Of a stretch of 64,000 nucleotides of DNA, positions 1 through 37,239 are shown in pieces. Position numbers and translations under genes: made by a program. The DNA is from the human T2T-CHM13v2.0 reference genome, Homo sapiens. The stretch is from assembly GCF_009914755.1 (NCBI RefSeq), contig NC_060943.1. One strand, given 5' to 3'. The notes below the pieces were generated by a model that made no database searches, had not been told where the DNA came from, and saw only the letters and a program-made list of their open reading frames with translations. The stretch's first letter is position 1, and every line of letters begins with the position of its first letter.

Positions 1-530
<530 letters not shown>

Positions 531-862
531 AACACTTTTTTAAAAAGCCAAATAAAATAAAGACAAGATCCTACCCTGCCTCATCTGCCTCATCCTAATC
601 TCCCAGCGCTGGTTGTGATCAAACTTTATTTACAAAAACAAATGGCTGGCCTTTGGACCCTAGTTTGCCTATTTGATTATTATTATTATTATTATTTTTG
701 TATTGCATTAAAACATCATGGATCCTGATGACTGACTTTTTTGTGCCGCCTTAACTTTTGTGCCTGTGGCGGCTGCCTTACCTGCTCAGGATCCTCAGGA
801 CCCTCTGACCGGCAGCTCCCCTCCTCTCCTGTCCCTCCCACTGGCTGCCTCCTTGGCCCTGA

Positions 863-13863
<13,001 letters not shown>

Positions 13864-16800
13864 TAAGATCGACAAAAGAAACAACAAAATGAGAAGAAGA
13901 GGTTCCTCGAAAGGGGGGAGAAGAAATTTTGAGAATGGAAAAATCCCCCAGCCCAGCCCAGCCCCACCGAAAAGCAAAAATTACACGTCGTCAGCCACTC
14001 AGCCCTTCTCTCCTCCAGCCCGGGGACCCCCGCGGGCCCCAGAAGCAGCCCAGTTCTCAGAGAGCCCTTGGAAGGGGTCTCGGTGGAGCTGTGCACCAGC
14101 AGCCAAGCAGAAAGAAACACGCGACATGGACTCTGTCAAGTAGAGGACAGAAAGCAAGAAAGGATGCAGAACTGCCTTCCTCCCCCTGACCCCGCCCCGG
14201 CCTTCTGGGGAAGGAACAAAGTCCCCAAACAAAGCAACCAGCACAATTCTGAAGGGGCCTGGCCTCCACCCTCACCCCTTCCTAGGGGAACCCCACCCTC
14301 CACACAGCCGGAGCTGCCCTAGGGAGCCTGGAGGGCCAGCTTGTAAAGATGATGGGGTTTAGATCCCTCAGGCTCTCCCCTCCAGACTCCGCCCTTCCCT
14401 CCCTCCCTCCCTCCCTCCCTCTCTGCCAAGGCTCCAGCTTCTTCCCCCAGCTGCTCCCGACCAGGAGGGGGAGAGCAGCCTCCACTTACCCCACCCCACC
14501 CTTGGGCTAAAAGCCCCCAGGCGGGCAGGGGGTGACCCCTGGAGCTAGTTGCGTGTCCCAGAATGGAGGGTGTTCTGACACCCCACCCTGAGCCGCAAGA
14601 GCAGTCCTGGGGCCCTGGACCCCTCTGTACAGTCCGTAGGAAAAAGTCGGAATGCTCTCGACGGCCTCGTCCCAGCCTGGGACAGGCCCCCTTTCCCCTC
14701 TCTCTGCAGGCCAGGAGGGCCTCCTTCCTGCCACGAGGGAGGGGAGTCGGGCCCCAGGTCGCCCCCGCCCCCAGCCCTGCATGCAGGTGCCCTCGCTCCG
14801 CCCCATCAGTTCCTGCCCCTGCCCCTCATGCAGACTGCCCTGCTGGGGCCGGGCCGGAGGGTGGAGCAGAAAGGGGACCCCGGAGCCGAGCGAGGAGGAC
14901 CAGGCAGCCGCCGCTGCCGCGCTAAGCCACCACCTGCGCTTAGGTAGGCGTCCTGCTCGCCGACTTTCAGTTCCTTGGGAGGGTGTTGGGTGTCGTCCTT
15001 TTCAAAAGTGTTTTGGAGCTTTCTGTGCCCCCCGACTTTCCCCCGCCTCCCCGCCCCCCACGTGGCCACTTTTCTCTGGATTTTAGCTGTAATGTCTTTA
15101 CTCTTTATTTAGGGGTGGGGCATTCATTGTTTGGGTCTTTTGCTGTTGGAATGGGAACTCCTCCTCCATTTGAGCAACTTGGGAACAATTTGGTAACACA
15201 CCACAGGAAGTAGCTCTCCCCCCCAGCCCCCTCCTCCCTCAAGGGAGGGTTGGGGGGCCTGTCCAGAGGGTCTTCAGAAGCCCCCCTGGGAGGGAGGGGA
15301 GGATGAGCACGCCCAGCTCCCCTCCAGGGTGTGACTTGGCCCCTCTGGCTTGTCTTTCTGTGCCTTACTCCTCCTCCTGCGTCTCCCGTTCCTGGCCCCT
15401 TCTTGAGTCCTTGTGCCTCTCTCTTTCTCTCTCTTTCTTAATTGTATGAAAACACAAAGCACAGGTCAGGATCCTCTGAGAGAAAATCAACATTGCACCA
15501 CGTAGGGGTGGGCTATGGGCTGTATTTATTGTGAATCTAGTTTGTGAGGCTGTGGCCCCGAGCTGGCGGAGGGAGGGAAGAGGAGGGAGTGACGGGAGGG
15601 GAGGAGGTCAGCGACCTGGGGCCGTAGCGGCAGGCGAACGGTGCCTGCTACCCAGCTGGAAGCCACAAGGTGGCTGGCTCCAGGGGCGGCTTTTGTTGGA
15701 AGTTGAGTGAAGCCCTCCCCCTGTCCTCAGCGTGCAGCCCTAGAGGACCCCAGGGCTGAGGGGCAGTGGATCCTGCGGGAGTCTCCCGGGGCGTGGGGAG
15801 TAAGGCCCCGGGGGTGGGGGGCCGGGTGGGCCGGGCGTGACGCGCGGTCAAAGTGCAATGATTTTTCAGTTCGGTTGGCTAAACAGGGTCAGAGCTGAGA
15901 GCGAAGCAGAAGGGGCTCCCTGTCCGGCCCACGTGCCCTTTCCCTCGACGACAGTCGAGGGCTCGGGCTCTGTGGGACTGTGGGAGCTAGGGTCTGCGGG
16001 GCGCCTGCCCGGGCGAGGTCGGAAGCTGCAGGCCAGCTGGGCCCGGGCCGGAGCGTGCCCGGCGGGGCTGCCCGGGCGGGCAGGGGGTGGGGGCTGCTCC
16101 TTTCCCAAGTGGTGTTGTGAGGGGCAATGAGGGCAACAGGAGATGTGGGGACGTGTTAGGAGAGAAAAAAAAAAAAACAAAAATATATATGGGGGAAATT
16201 AACTTTTTTTTTTCATTGAACCAAGTGCAATGCATCAGAGAGTTTTCCTATCTTTGTATGTTAAGAGATTAAGAAAAAAAAATTCTATTTTTGTTGTAAT
16301 GTCCTCGCGGCTCTGGGGACGCTAAAAGAACCGGGCCTGCCCCGCCCTGCGCGGGGATAACGAAAGCTGAGTGTTTTTCCCTTTTTTTTGTTCGTTTTTA
16401 GTTTTTTTTTTTTTAAGTCGTTTTCCTGCGTTGACGAGGATGATCTGGGGTTTTTATTTGTTTCGTCGTTCGTTCTGTTTCGGTGGGAGGGCTGAAGGAA
16501 ACGTTCACATTTTAGAGTTTAAAAAAAACACCTCGACATTTAAAAAATCAACCAACACAAGATCAAAAAGGAAAAGGACGAGAGAAAAATTATTTTTAAG
16601 ATAATTAAACATAAAACCCTGGTGCTTCTTACATTATAAAGTACGTTTTAAAGAACCCACAAACTATTATACATAAGTTTATGAATCAATTAAATATCCT
16701 GCACTTGTTAGGAATACGCATATCCCTTCTTTGTTGAGTTTAACGGAACGGGACAGCGGCGTGCCCCCGGCGGCTGGACTGCTCCGGCCGCGGGTCTCCC

Positions 16801-18010
16801 CGGGCGCCCCTCCCTGGGGCCCAGCACCCCTCCTCGCCCCATCCCCGTCCGGGTACGGGGGCGCGGCAGGGGTCCCCGGCCCCTCCCCCGCAGAGGTCAA
16901 TGCCAACGAACAAACGTCCCCTCCCTCCCTCCCTCTCCGCCCCGAGCGCCCTTCTTTGAGCCAGACGCCAACTTGACCCTCACCAGCATTATCAGGAGCG
17001 CGCTCAGCAAGTTGGTAGTTTCCTCCCCCCTTTCCCGGCGCCCCTCCCGCCCCCATTCAACATCTCTCATCCTATCCCCGACCCCCTCCGGGGAACACCG
17101 GGAAGGCTCGACGCTCCAGGACAGGACCAGCCACGCTGACAGGTCGATTTGCCCAGGCCCGCGCCCGCACGCACGCACGCACACGGCCCCGCACACAGCC
17201 CCGCCCCACCCCGCAACCAGCCCTGTCGACTGCCTTATACACCCGCCCCCGCGCTGGCCGGCCGACCTAGTGCCTTGTTCTCACCCCCGTGCTGGCGGAG
17301 CGGACGCCGCGCTCTGGGTCCCAGAGGGGCCGGGTGGCTCAGACGACCCACCACTCCCCCACCCTGACCGTGCTGAACAGACCCCCCCACACGAGAGAAA
17401 ATAAAGGAGCAATAAAGTCACGAGAACTTTCGTCCCCCAATCGAGAGCCCGAGGGGCACCCCAGCCCCGCCTCTGCTCCCCCCCACCCCACCCACCCTCG
17501 GGGCGCCCCCCTCCCCCCGCAAGCCAGCCTGGGCCAGCCCCGCTTCGGCCCCTCCCGGGAGATCCGTGCGCCCGACCAGCACCAGCATCGCGGACCGCAA
17601 AGGCCGCCCGTCCCGTCAAACAAGTTTCTTCTTAGGCTAAGAAACGCAGTATATACGAGTATCTCTATATATAGTACTAATGGATTTGGTGTGCTTCCCC
17701 CTTAGCGTCCCCCTCCCTCTGCTCCTCCTCCTTCAGCCTGGTCTCCCCCTCTTCTCTGCCCTCCACCCCCGTCTCTGCACTGAGATACATAAGAAACAAG
17801 GGTAGTTTACTGTCTGTTTTGTTTTCTGGGTTTTCAGTGTCCTAGCGGAATGCAAGTAGGCAGCCAGCCCGTCTGTTCCCTCTCCGCCCCGCCCCGCCCC
17901 GCCCCCGTCACTGCGCTTCTGTTATACCATCTTTGCCTGACTCTCTCCGGCTTCTCCATTGAATGGCTAATGTGTATGTGAAATAAAGAAATAAAGAAAA
18001 ACAAACGCGA
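13864..18010 (+). other. NFIX: NFIX 3'UTR (about 4.1 kb)
   Basis: Follows stop TGA 13861-13863; Alu-free; ends at tandem AATAAA 17982-17987 and 17990-17995. Exact 3' end estimated. Confidence 0.85.
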
Positions 18011-18950
18011 GAGCGCCTGACCCTTCGCTAACGCGACCGTGCGGGACTGGGTCGGGGTCGGTAGGGTGCGTCCCCGACTTGGATTCTGCGCCTCTGTCCA
18101 AGCGCCGGGAGCGCAGCAGACGCCGTCGACGAGCGTCTGCCCCTGGGTCTCCCGGAGGGGCCGACGGTGAGAAAAGCGAAGCCTCCCCAGCCCCTCCTGG
18201 CCTCCCCCCGCGACCCCAGCCCGGAAAAAATGAGGCACCACTTGGGTCCTATGACTGCTCTGCCATGTTGCTTTGCCGACCTCGCCCCTGGGAAGGGGAC
18301 CGGGCAAGGCCACTTCCAGAGGGTTGTGGGTGATTTTTTTAAGGGTCTGCGGGTCCCTTGGGGGTCGATGATCACCCTTCCGGACCCCCGAGACCTTGCC
18401 CCTGACGTCTTCACTGGTCCTTCTTCGGGGGAGTTCGCTCCCGAACATGCGCAGCACGTCCACTGCCCTTTCCTTGACGGCCCTGGGCCGAGTCCCTGGT
18501 GCCCTCCGGCTCAGAGGTGCTGCCGCGTGCGGTCACCGCACCTCTGGGCTCAAAGCGGTTTGCTCCATCTTGATGGGCCGGGCCGCTCCACCGGGGCTGC
18601 CGTCGGGGTCGGCCGGGGGCGCGGGCTGCGAGCGCGCTGCCGCCTCGGCCCTGCGTCCGGATCCCCGGCGGGCGCCGTCGTCTGGGACCCGGTGCACCGG
18701 CCGTTTGCGAGGCCCGGGAGGGGTGGGGCCTGCGGCCAGAGCTGCGGCTTGGTCGCGCAGCAGCCGCACCAGGAAGCCGATGTACTTCATGGCTAGGCGG
18801 AGCACCTCGTTCTTGCTCAGCTTCCGGTCGGGCGGGTGCGTCGGCAGCAGCTTCCTCAGCTCGGCGAAGGCGCCGTTAACGTTCTGCTGCCGCCAGCGCT
18901 CCCGGCTGTTGGTGAACACGCGCCGGGCCACCTTCTGGGGCTGGTGCCCT
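16740..18950. promoter_or_regulatory. CpG-rich island over the NFIX 3' end and LYL1 last exon
   Basis: Visibly high CG density and tandem CCGCCC boxes at about 17884-17906. Boundaries approximate. Confidence 0.65.
17982..17995 (+). terminator. NFIX distal poly(A) signals (tandem AATAAA)
   Basis: AATAAA at 17982-17987 and 17990-17995 with TGTA just upstream. A second AATAAA pair at 17400-17405 and 17411-17416 may be a proximal site. Confidence 0.8.
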
Positions 18951-20385
18951 GTGGACAAGGAGGGCCGGGTTGGTGCCATGGCCCAAAGGGCGGCCCCTCC
19001 TGCCCTCCCGCTAGACACGCAGCACCCTCGTGGGAACTTAAACCCAGGCCATGGGCTGGGGCTTTCTCCACCCAAGGGGTCCACGGGCAGCTCTCCCCAC
19101 CCCTCCCAAGAGCCATCCAGACAAGAATCATCACAGGCCCGGCCTACGGACAAGGGCCTGCTGTATCTGTGACTATGGGCACCTTTATGTCAATGACTGA
19201 GATTCCCTAAAGAAAGATTTCCTTGTGTTTGTTTGGTCTGGGAAGCTGTCCGTGGGGCCCTCATTCTGATTGTGCCCAAGTACGGCTGGCTGGGTGTACT
19301 CATGGGTCTGAGAGGTCCTCTCATTATGACTGTCTGTGTCCTGTGTCTTGTATGACTGTGTGAGACTCTTGTTATGTCTCATGGCTGTGGTTATGTGTGA
19401 TGTTGCCATGTGGCTGTTTCACGAGTGGCTGTGGTTGTGTGGCTGACTCTTGTGTGGCCGTGGTCCTAAGTGGCTGTGGTCCTGTGGCTGTCTTGTGTGT
19501 GGTTGTGGTCCTGTGGCTGTCTCTTGCATGGCTGTGGTCTTGTGGCTGTCTTGCGTGGCTGCACATTCCAGTGGAGCTGTCATTTTGTGGCTCCCATGCC
19601 CTGGTGTGGCATGCTCTGTTTTGCCGTGACTGCGGCTACATGGCTTGGCCTGTTGGGTGGCGGTGGTTGTGTGGGGCTGGCTATGGGACTGCGATTTTGC
19701 ACATGGGTAGAACCTATGTGGGCTGTTCTCTGTGTGTGCTGGAAGCACGTCTCCCCGAGGTGGAGTAGAGGACAGACATGAGCCCCACACAGAGACGGCC
19801 AGGCCTTCTGTGCACCCACAAGTGCACATACAGGCATACAAACCCACAAGGCACACAAACCCACACTCACCCTCAGCCAGGTCCAGCTCACAGTGGCTTG
19901 GTCTCCGCTTCAACCGGCTGCTAGGGAAGATGCTAAAAGGTCCTGCTGGCCCAATGTAGACACTGTAAGGGGTCGTGGGTCACTAATGCCTTGTGGGCAA
20001 GGACCCTGGCCCCCAATCCCCACTGCCCCCCACCCCAGATCCCCACTGACCTGTTGAGGAAGGGGTGAGGGTGGTAGTGCAGGGCCAAAGTGGGCGGGGC
20101 AGTTCCCAGGGTGGAGAGTTGCAGCAGCGGGGGCCGCAGAGTGCCCAGCTCTGTGGTGGGCATGGCTACCCCTGGGGGCCTGCTGTGGCCCAGGCTGATC
20201 ACTGGTACACCAGGTGGCAGCCTGGGGGGCGAGGAGCCTCCTCGGTGGCCCACCTCCTCCACCTGCGGGGGCCCAGGCGAGGCAGGCTTAGGGGGTGGGG
20301 CAGGCGCTGGGCTGGGGGCACACACCATCTCTGCCTTCTCAGTCATGGTGGGGCCCACCTCTGCCTGTGCCTGAGGCGGGCACAT
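18533..20385 (-). CDS. LYL1: LYL1 basic helix-loop-helix transcription factor, 280 aa
   Basis: Coding exons 20385-20051, 19962-19871 and 18948-18533 total 843 nt. Starts [14 protein letters not shown]; contains the TAL1/LYL1-type b[58 protein letters not shown]. Confidence 0.98.
19330..19740. repeat. Degenerate (TGTGGY)n low-complexity repeat in LYL1 intron 3
   Basis: Many TGTGGC/TGTGGT units; GTGGTCCTGTGGCTGTCT occurs at 19476-19493 and 19505-19522. Confidence 0.75.
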
Positions 20386-21179
20386 GGACCCCGACGTGGG
20401 GGTACTCACCTGTGGGAAAGAAGGCAGCCAGTGGGGAGGAGGACTAGGTGCCCCGCTCCCACCTGCTTAGCTCAAGAAACCCCTCAAATGGGAAGGAGGG
20501 AGGGGGAGGGGGAAAGGAGGAGGGGAGAAGTTTCAGTAGGCAAAGGCAGATGGCGGGGGCAGGCCCAGAAACTTCCAGGACACGGGAGGGGGGTCCTACG
20601 TTAGAGTAGGAGGCGCCCCCCAGGTGCTAGGCAGCGCACTGTCCCTGAGCTCTTTGTGACCCAGGAGGGGCGCTGTTGCCCAGCCTCTGAGCAAATATTC
20701 CTTCTTCCAGAATTCCCTCACCTCTGCAGCCTGGAGAGGGAACAAGACAGGGAGCCCCTAACTGATCCTGGGATCCCCAGAAACCCCAAGATTAACCCTG
20801 TTATCCTCAGATCTAAAGATCCAACCCAGAGACTCCTCATTAACTCATTGATGCCATGTGAGCTTGGAATCCCTCCAAGATGGACTCTGACCCTTCACGG
20901 AAGGCCCCCAGCCCCCACCCAGGCTGACCCTCTGCACCTCAAGAATGACCCTGCGGTTCTTCCCATTGCTGTCCCTGAAAGTGCTCCATAATTGCTTGAG
21001 TGACCCCCACTCCCACTGCAAACATCCCCCATAGCAACCCTGTGACCCCACTACTGACACTATGACCTCAAATGCTGACCCTAGACCCCCAAACACTGAC
21101 CCCACTGCCCAGTCCAGTCCAGTCATGCCCCAACCCTCCCTCTGGCTTGGAAGCCCCCATCCTCATCAGCATCCACGCT

Positions 21180-21492
21180 TTTTAAAATTTGTTTATTTTT
21201 TTAGAGACAGGGTCTCCCTCTGTTGTCCAGGCTGGAGTGCAGTGGTGCAATCATAGTGCACTGCAGCCTCAAATTCCTGGGCTCGAGCCATCCTCCTGTC
21301 TCAGCCTCCTGAGTAGCTGAGAGTACAGGCATGTGCCACCATGCCCGGCTAATTTAAAAAAAAAAATTTTTTTTGTAGAGGCAGGTTCTCACTCTGTTGT
21401 CCAGGGTGGTCTGGAACTCCTGGGCTCAAGTGATCCTCCTGCCTCAGCCTCCCAAAGTGCTGGGATTACAGGCATGCACCACAATGCCCCGC
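21180..21492 (-). mobile_element. Alu (old, J-like) in LYL1 intron 1
   Basis: Reverse-complement Alu consensus. Confidence 0.92.
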
Positions 21493-21744
21493 GATCATCC
21501 ACAGTTTTGCATACTGTTTTGACATCCCTGTTTGCTCTTGGTTCCAGAGTCCAGGATGTCCCAGCAAGGTGTGAGACTGTTGGCCCCTCTGCCCTGTCTT
21601 CCTCAGCTAGGCCCTGGGGAAGCAGGCCTGGCCCCTCACTAGTGGGTCCCTGCTGGTGAATGAATGAATGAAGGAATGAACAAAGGAATGCAGGCTGGGT
21701 CCCAGGCCCGGGATCCTCCACCTTTAGGCCCGCTCCCCTCTTAC

Positions 21745-22070
21745 CCCAGCACTGTTCTTGCAGCCTGGTGAGTGCCCTGGCTCTGTCCCGTCAGGGCTGG
21801 CAGTCTGGGCCAGGGTGTGGTTTCCAGCGTCAGGCCAGGCTCTGCTGTCTCGCGAGGGTCCGGCCTCAATGCTCCAGGCCCCGGCGTTGGGCCGCGCCTC
21901 CTCGTGGGCCTCGGAAGGCCAGGATAGCCGAGGTCTCCGCGTAGGTCCCCCCCAGGGAAAGTGAGCGGCTCCCGGGCCGGCCCGCCTTCTCCCCGCCCCC
22001 GGCGGCCCGGTTTCCTCCCTCTCACCCCTGGCGGCGCAGCGGCCGGAGGATGCTGGCCCAGTGCAGATAA
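21745..22070 (-). other. LYL1: LYL1 non-coding first exon (5' boundary approximate)
   Basis: Donor GGG|GTAAGA at 21745/21744; exon 2 acceptor at 20410/20409; CpG-rich promoter immediately upstream. Confidence 0.7.
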
Positions 22071-22140
22071 GGGCCAGGCTGCCTGGCCGCGCCTGATAAG
22101 GAGCCTGGCTGACCCCGGAGGAAACCAGCGGGCGGGGACC
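21990..22140 (-). promoter_or_regulatory. LYL1 promoter with paired GATA and ETS motifs
   Basis: AGATAA 22065-22070 and TGATAA 22094-22099; GGAA cores near 22012-22015 and 22120-22123; GC boxes. Consistent with the known GATA/ETS control of LYL1. Confidence 0.75.
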
Positions 22141-23127
22141 TAGCAGCGCGGGCCTCCCGGCCCCGCCCCCAGCCGGCGCTGGCAGGACTCGGTCCGCCAC
22201 CCCTCAGGGCTTCGCCTTCCGCTCCCCCAGCCACTGTAGGGACCCCGGGCCTCTGGGGACCCGGGCCCCAGGGCAGCCGGGGAGGGAGGTGCCTGGATGC
22301 ACGCAGGGGGTAAACTGAGGCAGGGAAGCTGCCTCCTCTTATGTCCGAGTCTGCCCTTTGGCTTTGCACACTCCCTGCCCGAATGTCTGTGCTGATGGGG
22401 GTGAGGGAGAGCCCTTTCCGGCCCGTTGGGGCCGCGTGACCCTGGGCCCCCACCTCCTCTCCTCACCCAGCCTGGTTCCTCTTTTTACAGAGGCCCTTCC
22501 CTCCTCTCCACCACCCCTACCCGGGAGTGGGGCACCCAAAGGGGAACAGTTCTAACAGTCTGGCCTTGGGTGTCCAGCCTGGGCAGGTGTCCCAAGCCCT
22601 CAGCACAGTATCCACACATTTCCAAGCCCAGGAGGGTGAGAGGAAGAGCCATGGCTGTCAGGGGTGGGGTGGGGAAGTTGGATTTCCTAGGGTGCTGGGG
22701 CTGGTGTGACCTTCCAGTAGATGCCCAACAGGTCCCCACAACTATAGGCCTCTTGGCTACAGGATCACATAACTCCAACTTGGTGGTCCATGGCCCTCAC
22801 CCCACAGCACCCGGCCCCTTCATGGGGGGCAGTTATCCTGGCTTGGTGGTAAACCTCAAGACCCTACTGGAGCCTCCCACAGGGAGAGGCTCTGGGCACA
22901 GCCAGGCAGCAGCAGCTACCAGACTGCCACCCACTTGTGATACTCATGCTTTGGCCCGTCTGTGTATCTGGGCAACTGCAAGAGCCCCCAGGCAGGCAGG
23001 CACCCAGCAGCAGGACTACCAACCCCCCCCCCCCCCGCCCAGGAATGGGGTGGAGCCCAGGACCCCACGATCAACACCTCCATTGCTTTCCTCCAAAGAA
23101 GCAGGAACTAAAGTTTTATGCAGTAAA

Positions 23128-23433
23128 GGCCGGGCTTGGTGGCTCATGCCTGTCATCCCAGCACTTTGGGAGGCTGAGGCTGGCGGATTGCTTGGGCTCA
23201 TGAGTTTGAGACCAGCCTGGGAAACATGGCAAAACCCCATCTCTACAAAAAATACAAAAATTAGCTGGTTGTGGTGGTGCGTGCCTGTAGTCCCTGCTAC
23301 TCTGGAGGCTGAGGTGGGAGGATGGCGTGAGCCTGGGAGGTGGAGGCTGCAGTGAGCCAATATTGCGCCACTGCACTCCAGCCTGGGCCACACACCTAGA
23401 CCTTGCCTCAAAAAAAAAAAAAAAAAAAAAAAA
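23128..23433 (+). mobile_element. Alu between TRMT1 and LYL1
   Basis: Full dimer with long A tail. Confidence 0.95.
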
Positions 23434-24137
23434 TTAAGCGCTAACTCTGATATCGCTACAAGGAGGGTCCTAAGATTAGCCTCATTACAGATGGGGATGA
23501 AGGGAGCAGGAGCCAGAGAGGGGATCCTGCCCCAGGACTCTTCGTTAACGTTACTAAACCCCACTCTGGAGGGCAGGGAGGGGTACAGCTCCCCCTCACT
23601 GGGTGTCTGGGCAGCAGCCTGCGAGGTCCCTCTTTGTGTGCACGCCCCCCTCGCCCCGGGCCTCAGGGCAGGAAGCACCTGGTCTGGAGCGGATGCACAG
23701 GGCGCCTGGTTCCGGTCCAGCTTCCGCCACTGTGGCCCCTGGAGAGCTGGGCCAAAGAAACCAGGCGGCGAGGAGGCAGCGGCGCGAAGACACGTGGGGG
23801 CTACCGGGCAGGAGCGCCCCACTATGCGCAAGCCCGTGGCCTGGAGAGCGCTGAAGGTGGGAGGGGGAAGAGGGGCAGAACCCCCGCGGGAGCGAGCGCA
23901 CAGCTGCCGCCCCGTGGCCGCTTCGGGAATCGCTGGCTCCGGCTCTGGGGTGGCTCAGTGACCCTCGCTGCAGAGGGGCCGACCACTGTGCAGATGGTCA
24001 GCTCCTACCTCCCATACAGACTCAACACTCCAGCCAGGCAGGGGCGAACGATCCCCAGAGGAACAGATCCCAGTCATGCAGCTGTATGGACCAATACACA
24101 AACCACAGGCAATCGGGAGAAGGTGACGTGACATCTC

Positions 24138-24143
24138 TTTATT
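24138..24143 (-). terminator. TRMT1 poly(A) signal
   Basis: AATAAA on minus 3 nt after the TGA stop; GU-rich element (TGTGGTTTGTGTATT) downstream. Confidence 0.9.
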
Positions 24144-24146
24144 GGT

Positions 24147-36060
<11,914 letters not shown>

Positions 36061-36628
36061 GGGTGTTAATCACAGTGGATCCCCTGGGAGAGGACACGTC
36101 CCTAGTCCCATTTCACAGATGAGGAAGTTGTGGCTCAGAAAAGGGGCGGTAAGCGGAGAAACCCAACACTTATTGGTCCTCTTCTGTGTTCTGGGTGCTA
36201 TATACACATTATTTCAGAGCACCCTGCAGGAATGACTCAGGCTCTGGAGTTGGATTTACCGGGTTTGAATCTCAGTCCCATCACATGCTCTGGGCAGGTT
36301 ACTCCCGCGGCTTCACTTTTCTTACCTATTAAATGAGAATCGTGGTTTCTCAGATAGAGCAAAGATTAAATGACAGATTCCTGGAAAGTGTGCAAAGAAC
36401 CACTCTAACATTGTAAGCGCTCGGTAAAGTTCTAACCAGTGTATGAAGGCAGGACAGCGAAGTGGTCCCGGCTACCTGGGTTCCAGTCTCAGCTCGCCCT
36501 GCGACTTGTTAACTCTGAACTTAAGTTACCGCTTTTGCAAAATGGGCAGAACTTTTTTTTACCATTTGTTACTGGGTTGTAGTGAGAAGTAAACGAGTTA
36601 GTGCAGGTAAAATGCTAACAGAACCTAG

Positions 36629-37126
<498 letters not shown>

Positions 37127-37239
37127 TAAACGAGCTAATTCCCATAAAGAATGTAACGCAGTGCCTGCCACAATAAACAGCAGTCATTATTGTTTTTGTT
37201 TTACAGGAAACTAAAGTTCGGAAAGGTAGAGCGACTTGC

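Noticed and set aside
18396-19172. 258-aa plus-strand ORF, and the 209-aa ORFs at 18167-18796 (+) and 17834-18463 (-)
   Set aside because: GC-rich frames overlapping the LYL1 last exon and 3'UTR; no recognisable domain or supporting gene structure.
22426-23831. 309-aa (+) and 271-aa (-) ORFs between LYL1 and TRMT1
   Set aside because: Both run into the Alu at 23128-23433 and a poly-C tract; low complexity, no known motif.
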